DNA of 52,475 nt from a virus (taxonomy: Duplodnaviria; Caudoviricetes): IMG/VR virus record IMGVR_UViG_3300024291_000003, positions 1 through 52,475 of that record. One strand, written 5' to 3'. The first letter of the stretch is position 1. Every line of letters starts with the position of its first letter. The notes beneath the pieces were generated by a model, which saw only the letters and a list, made by a program, of their open reading frames with translations, was not told where the DNA came from and did not search any database. This document shows positions 45,769-52,475 of this stretch, piece by piece. A program made the position numbers and the translations under genes.

Positions 45769-48700
45769 ATGCCAAAGTATAAAACTAAAGACGGTGTCAT
45801 TGACACTACTGACTACACTGAAACACAGATGGTTAGTTTTAATTTTAACTATCCAGACGCTACAATTGTAGAGGAGGATTTTCAAGACGGAGCTGCGGGG
45901 CCGGATGCGCCTGTAACTCCAGTAATGCCAAACAGAGCGTCCATAATAGCGGGGACTCAGCCAAAAGATACGGAATTACCATCGGAAGACACTTCTTCGG
46001 ATTTATCAGTGGGTGACGAAGGATACTTAGAACAAGAAAGAAAGAAAGGTAGAGCTGTAAGTGATATTGAAAGGGAAATTAGAAACCCTAAGAAGTATAA
46101 AGAATATACATGGTTGTATAATTCTAGCCAGCAAAAAAAGGAGGAAAAAGCTCAACGTATTCGTGAAAAAAACTTAGCCAGGTTAAACAAGACTCCAGAG
46201 GAAACCCAAAGCTATAAAGACAGAGCTACTTTAATGCAGGCGTCAGTAGAGGCTGTTACTGCTGAGACGGAAAAAAACGAGATATTAAGCGAAACCTTTA
46301 GAATAAAAGACTTAGACCGTAGAAACGCAACTACAAAATTTGGCTCAGGTAAGTATGTGGAATATCTACCTAAATATAAAACAGACGAGGACTACGAAAA
46401 ATACTTGAAAGAAAGTCTAGGTAACAAATATGATAGGTATAAAGAATTGTCTGACGCTGCTAGCAAAGACAACCTATACTTAACAACATCGAACATTTCA
46501 GATTATGCTACTTTAGACGATGCCGATGCCAATGTGGCAAATGCAGTCGTTTATAAAAACCAAACAGAGGCTAATCAGGTGTATTTAAGAGATGTAGACG
46601 AGGAAGACCAAACCTACGTTGAATTATATACTGGGACAAAAGACACACAAAAAAAGAAACAAGCTGCGTATAAAGCAGAGGTCGATAGAGCGTTAGGCGA
46701 TCAAGAAAAATACAAGGCTGCTACAGGTGATCCACTATTAGAAAAGACTACTTATAATGGTGTAACTTACGATCCAGTTGTTAATGCAGAATTAGCAATG
46801 GATAAAGTTGAAGAGCAAACCCAGATACAGTTAGGGAAAGATCTAGAAGCATTCCAAAATAATAGCGTAGATATACAAGGTGACATAAAAAAGTTAGAGG
46901 ATATTCAAAAGCAAATGAAAGAATACTCCACTACTGATTTTGAAAACCCAGACCAAGTAAAATATAGAGAAGGGCTTATAGAAAAAGAGTCTAGCCTACT
47001 TAATAAAATAAACGCGCAAATTATAGTTTTAAACGCGGAATCTACATCTTTAACTAATAGAGTTAAGAAAGGAAGGATTGCACAAGCTACAGATGCTGCG
47101 TTGGTTAAGTCTTATAAAACAATGGACAAATTAGCCAACGTATGGGACAGTGCGTTTGTGGGTAGCACCAAAATGGTAATAGGCGGTATCGCTAGAGCTT
47201 TTGGAGACGAAGAAACGTATAACGCAGCGGTTGACTATAACCAGCAGTTACAGGAGTATAGTGAAAAGTATTTACCAGCTGCATTGACAATGGACGACAG
47301 CAGTTCCGCTTGGCAATATGCCGGGGATATGTTAGTTAATAATTCTCCTTCAATAGCGGTAGCTTTAGCCACTGTAGGTACTGGAGGAATAGCAGCAGCT
47401 GGAGGTGGAGCGGTAGCAAGAGCAGCGGCAACCAGAACAGCCTCGAGATACGCTAGTGGTTTATTTTTTACAATGGAGGCTGGTGGTCAATTATCCAACC
47501 TTGAAATTGCAGAACGCGGAGCTGACGAAGCATTAGCGTCTTTAAGAGAAGAGCTTAAGATAGCAGAACAATCTGGTGCTGGAAGTATTGTAATTAATGA
47601 TATTAAAGATCAAATACAAGTACAAGAAGAAAATAAAAGCAAATCATTCACGCAAAAAGCGTTTAATAGTATAATATACGGAGGTATTGCCGCAGGTGCT
47701 GAGAGACTAGGAACATTAGGTTTTATAAGTAACTTTCAAAAGTATTCAAAATCAGTTGGAGGTAATAAGTTTAGAAAATTATTTGGGGATGCTGTTGGAT
47801 CTAGAGTTGCTAAGAATGTTGGTTTATTAAACGCAACAGGAATTGGGGCCGGTATTGAAAACATAGAAGAAGGTTTTACTCTTATAGGACAAAACATAGC
47901 CGATAACGCAATATTTCAACCAGATAAACCAAAAAGTATTATAGAGGGCTTAGACGGAGAATTTGTTAGGAATACTTTAACATCGTCTTTTGCTATATCT
48001 GGCCCTAGCGTAAGCCAAAATATATATAGTCAAGTAGCAAATGTAGTCAAAACTAGAAAGCAATCTAGAGAGGAAGGAGCTATAAGAGATGAGTTAATAT
48101 CTATACAAGCAGAACTGGACGGGTTAGATAAAAGAACTAAAAAAGCAAGATCATTAGCCACTAAAAGAGATGAGCTTATTAATAAGTCTGCCATGGAAAA
48201 TACTGGGATTATGCTTAATCTTAAGAATTTAACAGGCAGCGAAATAGAAACTGTTTTTGAGAACGATGCTGAAATGCGCAGGCTAAAGCTAGAAGCGCAG
48301 GATTTAGACGTTACGGATAACTCACCAAGAACAAGAGCGGAATTTAACCGTTTAAAAAATAAAGCTCAAGAATTATTTAATGCCAACCAGACTTTATTAA
48401 GTAGAGGAGAAGTTGATATTGAAAAATTTGCAAAAAATACAGCAAACCCAGTTGAGGCTGAGTTTAACGCTAGACGATACAATACATTTAAGTACATCGC
48501 TGAAAACAATCCTAACACCAATACTGTAATAATTAAGGACGAAGCCGATGCCCAAGCTTATGCAAACTCTAGATTTGGAGAAGACAGCCAAGCTAACAAG
48601 GACTTCATGGAGGACTACGCTAGTAGAGGATCTAATGCAGAATTTGACGCTAATGGAGATTTATTATTATATGAAGATGTTATTTTAAATCAAATAGCAG

Positions 48701-51700
48701 GTGGAGGTATAAATGCAGAAATAGCTTCGGTATCACCTTTGCACGAAATTGGCCACCAACAAATAAAAGCGGCTGGTATAATAAAAAATGATGCTCTAAC
48801 GACTTCGTCAGCTAACGACTTAGTTAAGAGTATTCTCGCAGATGTACAGTCTAGATTTGAACAAGGCAAGATCACGCAGGAAGAGATGGATATTTTCAAT
48901 CAACGTATGGCTTTTTACAAAAAGCAAGGTGAAGGAATGTATACAGAAACAGAAGGTGTAGACGCAGATGAGCTTATACAACTGGTTGGTGATTTTACAG
49001 CATTAGGTATATTGCCAAAGAGTAGTTACAATACTTTGTTTGGTGCCAAAACGCTTATCAATAACTTATTAAAAAGATTCAACGGAGATAGCGCTCCATA
49101 TTTTAATGTAAACAATGCAAATGACGTTTACTCTTTTGTGGCTAATTTTCAAAACAAAGCCGCCGCATTTGAATTAAAGAAAGGAGTAGCTGGCAAAGGA
49201 GCAACAAAGAAATCTATAAGTGCAGCAGCAGAGAAAAGTAATGCTAGAGTAAATCTTATAACTAAAGAGCAATTGTCTAGTCCGAGATCGCAGTCTATAT
49301 TGTTTGAGGAAATTTCAAATATGGCAGCTGCTCAGATAGCTGGTAGATATTCTTTACCTCCACAAACATTAGAGGATTTTACTAACGACGTAGTTGGTAG
49401 GATATATCTTGCTAAAGAAAACGAGAAGTGGGACGGTAAAGGTACACTAAGTGGATTCTTAGGTGGTAGAATTAGTTTCCGTATTGAGGATGTTGTTCGT
49501 AAAGAATATAAGCTTAACCCAGCAGAAAGACAGTATTTAAGTACTGTAGAGAACTTAAGACCGGAAGATCAAAAAGATCTAATGACAGAAGAAGTTGCTC
49601 CTGCGGTACAAGAAAAACCTAAGTACAGAACATTAGTAGAAAGCAAACTATTGCCTCCCGCTCAAGTTAAGTCAGTTAAGCAAAAAATAGTATCAATAGC
49701 TCGTGTTTTAAAAAGCAGGCTAGATGCCCCTATGGGTAAGAATGCTTCTGTAACACCTATAATTAATGAACTAAAGAAAAATTTAGGTAAGCAGATAGAC
49801 ATTGAGTTTAAGACTATGTTGGGTAAGAAAAAAGGTGGCGAGCTAAAAGAAAATGTACTGAAGCATAAGAAAGCTATCTTAGAGAACATGACCACTACTT
49901 GGTTAATGCAAGCTATGCCGTTTGCTATTGAAAAGTCTGTTGGTGGTAAATACAAAGTAGATGAAGAAGGTAAAAGAGTAAAAGATACTAATGGTGATTT
50001 TATTTTTATACCAAACTATACTAGAGAATGGGAAGGTAAAGATATAGACCGAGCTAAAACATCTACACAACAACAAGGTAAAACATCTGGCCCTGAGATA
50101 TCAAGAAGATTAACTAATGCATCGTCAAAAATCAGTGACGATCAATTCCTTAGTTACTTATTTAAAGACGGGGAAGTTATAAGAGGTCGTAAAGAATCCC
50201 TATCTAAAGCATTAGCGGAAGAGTACGGTTTTGATATGATAAATAGAGAGCTAAAAGATCCAGATAGTGATATAAGTAAAGCGTTTGAGAATAACCAAGA
50301 AATGCTTGGTATGGTTATAGCTGACAATTTTGTTGCCGAGGTATCAAAGCAAAGCGAAAGAGGTCTTGTTAAAAGAAGCGCAATTGTAAATCCGCAAGTT
50401 GTATTTAGAGATGCTTTAGCTTTAGAGATTGATGGTGATTTAGACGGGTCATTAGCATTGCTTGAAACATTGTCTCCAGAAGATAGAGCAGCGTATGAAG
50501 ACATTACAGCTAATATAAAGGTTGATACTGCTAGGTATAAGCAATCTCTTAAGAAATGGAAAGGCGCACCTAAAAATATCAAAGCTCTTATCAATCAGTA
50601 TTTTGAAAATAACTCTGCTCGCGACAATAAGCAGGCTATGAAGGAATACTATCAGTTCAGTGTAGATATGATAGATGCTTTGCCAAATGCTTTAGTGAAA
50701 GCCTTGGGAGCAGATTTCTTTGGAGCACACTATAGATATTTAAATCCTAAAGAAGCAAAGTCATTAGGAGCTAAGATAAGATCTAAAATAGATGCATTAC
50801 CTAATATAAACGAAGACATAGGATTTAATCCTGAAGACATGCGTTTAATTCAAGCAGGTTCTGGTATTGTTGCTACTATAACAAAAGATATATTAAACAA
50901 AGAATTTAAAACCGCTCAAGATAAGGTTGACGCTTTTATGGATAAGTATGGTAGCGAGGTTGATGCTTTAAATGTAGCAAACAAAAAAGCTATAGAGAAA
51001 GTAGTTTCCACCGCGTTGGATATATCTATGAAGAAGCCTCAGCAAGCTGTAGGATTTTTAAGAATGTTAGAATCCACAACTAATATAGGTAAGTCACTTA
51101 GATCTTTAACTGGTATTAGTGATATACAAATGACAGCAGCTTCTCAAGCTGTATACGTTAACACTAAAACTGGAAAAGGGTACAGTAACACTTTGAACGC
51201 TGGTCAAAAAGCAAAAGTTGAATCCGGAGAAATTGTTCTTAATGAAAAACATCCAAACTATAAAGAAGCTAAAAAGTTTATAGCTGATGGATCAAAACAA
51301 ACAATACCCCAGTTAATAAGAATTAAAGGAGAACACGCTACTCCTTCTTCTAACTTTAATGTAAGTGTAGCTAAAGAGTTTTTAACATCTTTAAGTATTG
51401 CAATGGAGAACCCAGGAGGTAAGCAAATTGTAAAAGATGCTTTAATCGCTAAGGTTAATGAGTTAACTATAGAGTTCAACCAGCAATTAAACACAAAAGT
51501 GTTATCTGATTTACAAGACGCTAAATTAGGAGCAACAAGTGATATAGGTGATTTAAGATTATTAGCTATACCATTGGAAAGTCAAAACGCTTTTTACGAT
51601 ATGAAAGGCTTACAGACTATTGGTAGAGTACAATCATTAATGAATACAATGTTTAGCCCTAAAAACGTTGCTGAGCGTGCTAAAATAGCTACAGAACAAA

Positions 51701-52475
51701 AAGCTATAAACAACGCCAGAAAGAAATCTTATGCGGCTAACCCTAAAGGAATAAGCGTATATGACTTTGATGATACATTGGCTACAACTAAGTCTAATGT
51801 TATGTACTCCGTGCCAAATAGTGAAGGCGGATTTAGTGATGGTACTACAAAACTTAAAGCTATCTTTATGGTTGGTGGCCCTGGTGCTGGTAAAACAAAT
51901 GTTGGTAAAGGTTTACAACTTGGGAGACGCGGATATAAAGTTGTTAATCAAGATATAGCTTTAGAGGCTATGAAAACAGAAGTGGGACTGCCAAACAACG
52001 AATCTGATTATACAGCAGAGCAAAGATCTATGAGATCGAAATTAGGAGCAGCAGCAAGGAAAGCCGCTGTAGCTAAGTTTGATAAATATGCGGAAGCTGG
52101 TAATGGTATGGTTATTGACGGTACAGGCGCTTCTTATAATGCCACAACTAAAAAAATAAAAGCATTAGAAGAACAAGGCTTTGAGGTACACATGGTTGTA
52201 GCTACGACTCCTCTTTCCACGGCATTAGAAAGAAACAGAGCTAGAAAAGAAAGATCGTTAAAAGATTTTGTAGTAGAGAAAACTTATAATCAAGTGCAAG
52301 AAAGCTTAGCACAATACAGAAAAGATTTTGGGGATCGCTTATACGAAATAAACACAGAGACTATAGAATACGGTAAACCTTTGCCTAATGACTTTTTACA
52401 AGAAGTTTATGCTGGTATTAATAAAAATAAGGTTAACAAGATTGACGCTACTCAATTCGCAAAACAAGGGGAAAG
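45769..52475 (+). CDS. Giant multidomain internal virion protein (>2230 aa, runs off the window)
   Basis: ATG at 45769 (MPKYKTKDG); frame open at every position spot-checked; in-frame HEIGH (48742), YDFDDTL (51760) and GGPGAGKT (51874). Absent from the track, consistent with no stop in the window. Confidence 0.85.
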   Translation, partial: MPKYKTKDGVIDTTDYTETQMVSFNFNYPDATIVEEDFQDGAAGPDAPVTPVMPNRASIIAGTQPKDTELPSEDTSSDLSVGDEGYLEQERKKGRAVSDIEREIRNPKKYKEYTWLYNSSQQKKEEKAQRIREKNLARLNKTPEETQSYKDRATLMQASVEAVTAETEKNEILSETFRIKDLDRRNATTKFGSGKYVEYLPKYKTDEDYEKYLKESLGNKYDRYKELSDAASKDNLYLTTSNISDYATLDDADANVANAVVYKNQTEANQVYLRDVDEEDQTYVELYTGTKDTQKKKQAAYKAEVDRALGDQEKYKAATGDPLLEKTTYNGVTYDPVVNAELAMDKVEEQTQIQLGKDLEAFQNNSVDIQGDIKKLEDIQKQMKEYSTTDFENPDQVKYREGLIEKESSLLNKINAQIIVLNAESTSLTNRVKKGRIAQATDAALVKSYKTMDKLANVWDSAFVGSTKMVIGGIARAFGDEETYNAAVDYNQQLQEYSEKYLPAALTMDDSSSAWQYAGDMLVNNSPSIAVALATVGTGGIAAAGGGAVARAAATRTASRYASGLFFTMEAGGQLSNLEIAERGADEALASLREELKIAEQSGAGSIVINDIKDQIQVQEENKSKSFTQKAFNSIIYGGIAAGAERLGTLGFISNFQKYSKSVGGNKFRKLFGDAVGSRVAKNVGLLNATGIGAGIENIEEGFTLIGQNIADNAIFQPDKPKSIIEGLDGEFVRNTLTSSFAISGPSVSQNIYSQVANVVKTRKQSREEGAIRDELISIQAELDGLDKRTKKARSLATKRDELINKSAMENTGIMLNLKNLTGSEIETVFENDAEMRRLKLEAQDLDVTDNSPRTRAEFNRLKNKAQELFNANQTLLSRGEVDIEKFAKNTANPVEAEFNARRYNTFKYIAENNPNTNTVIIKDEADAQAYANSRFGEDSQANKDFMEDYASRGSNAEFDANGDLLLYEDVILNQIAGGGINAEIASVSPLHEIGHQQIKAAGIIKNDALTTSSANDLVKSILADVQSRFEQGKITQEEMDIFNQRMAFYKKQGEGMYTETEGVDADELIQLVGDFTALGILPKSSYNTLFGAKTLINNLLKRFNGDSAPYFNVNNANDVYSFVANFQNKAAAFELKKGVAGKGATKKSISAAAEKSNARVNLITKEQLSSPRSQSILFEEISNMAAAQIAGRYSLPPQTLEDFTNDVVGRIYLAKENEKWDGKGTLSGFLGGRISFRIEDVVRKEYKLNPAERQYLSTVENLRPEDQKDLMTEEVAPAVQEKPKYRTLVESKLLPPAQVKSVKQKIVSIARVLKSRLDAPMGKNASVTPIINELKKNLGKQIDIEFKTMLGKKKGGELKENVLKHKKAILENMTTTWLMQAMPFAIEKSVGGKYKVDEEGKRVKDTNGDFIFIPNYTREWEGKDIDRAKTSTQQQGKTSGPEISRRLTNASSKISDDQFLSYLFKDGEVIRGRKESLSKALAEEYGFDMINRELKDPDSDISKAFENNQEMLGMVIADNFVAEVSKQSERGLVKRSAIVNPQVVFRDALALEIDGDLDGSLALLETLSPEDRAAYEDITANIKVDTARYKQSLKKWKGAPKNIKALINQYFENNSARDNKQAMKEYYQFSVDMIDALPNALVKALGADFFGAHYRYLNPKEAKSLGAKIRSKIDALPNINEDIGFNPEDMRLIQAGSGIVATITKDILNKEFKTAQDKVDAFMDKYGSEVDALNVANKKAIEKVVSTALDISMKKPQQAVGFLRMLESTTNIGKSLRSLTGISDIQMTAASQAVYVNTKTGKGYSNTLNAGQKAKVESGEIVLNEKHPNYKEAKKFIADGSKQTIPQLIRIKGEHATPSSNFNVSVAKEFLTSLSIAMENPGGKQIVKDALIAKVNELTIEFNQQLNTKVLSDLQDAKLGATSDIGDLRLLAIPLESQNAFYDMKGLQTIGRVQSLMNTMFSPKNVAERAKIATEQKAINNARKKSYAANPKGISVYDFDDTLATTKSNVMYSVPNSEGGFSDGTTKLKAIFMVGGPGAGKTNVGKGLQLGRRGYKVVNQDIALEAMKTEVGLPNNESDYTAEQRSMRSKLGAAARKAAVAKFDKYAEAGNGMVIDGTGASYNATTKKIKALEEQGFEVHMVVATTPLSTALERNRARKERSLKDFVVEKTYNQVQESLAQYRKDFGDRLYEINTETIEYGKPLPNDFLQEVYAGINKNKVNKIDATQFAKQGE

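Noticed and set aside
45754-52475. Apparent 6.7-kb gene desert or alternative genetic code
   Set aside because: Explained by one long + strand ORF with no stop in the window; the standard code gives full-length genes throughout
1-52475. Prophage or integrated element
   Set aside because: No integrase, repressor or host genes visible in the window

Overview
52.5 kb of an AT-rich, apparently lytic dsDNA phage. Gene content and order fit a podovirus-type phage of Bacteroidota/Flavobacteriia (inference, no search run). There are two divergent arms. The left arm (1-13.3 kb, - strand) holds early and replication genes: primase N-terminus, SSB-like protein, PD-(D/E)XK exonuclease, ERF, sigma factor, pyrimidine-dimer glycosylase, DNA ligase, KTSC, gp88-like, NT5C and many mini-ORFs. 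The right arm (13.8 kb to end, + strand) holds tail fibres, GroEL/GroES, holin, terminases, portal, scaffold, capsid, tail proteins, ejection proteins and a >2200 aa virion protein that runs off the window. The standout signals are mostly non-coding. (1) An 80-nt mini-tmRNA that has the tRNA-like domain but no tag reading frame, directly behind a 182-nt tRNA-like RNA with a large insertion. (2) A decamer TGCTATACAC embedded in all three reading frames every 1-2 kb along the early arm, which flips orientation near 10-12 kb. (3) Three 44-45 bp inverted-repeat elements. (4) A GATC/CCWGG-dense island at the divergence point. (5) Ten copies of a fixed-spacing phage promoter. The giant virion protein carries HExxH, sigma-2-like and HAD plus P-loop kinase (Pnkp-like) motifs. 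All calls are by-eye motif recognition.
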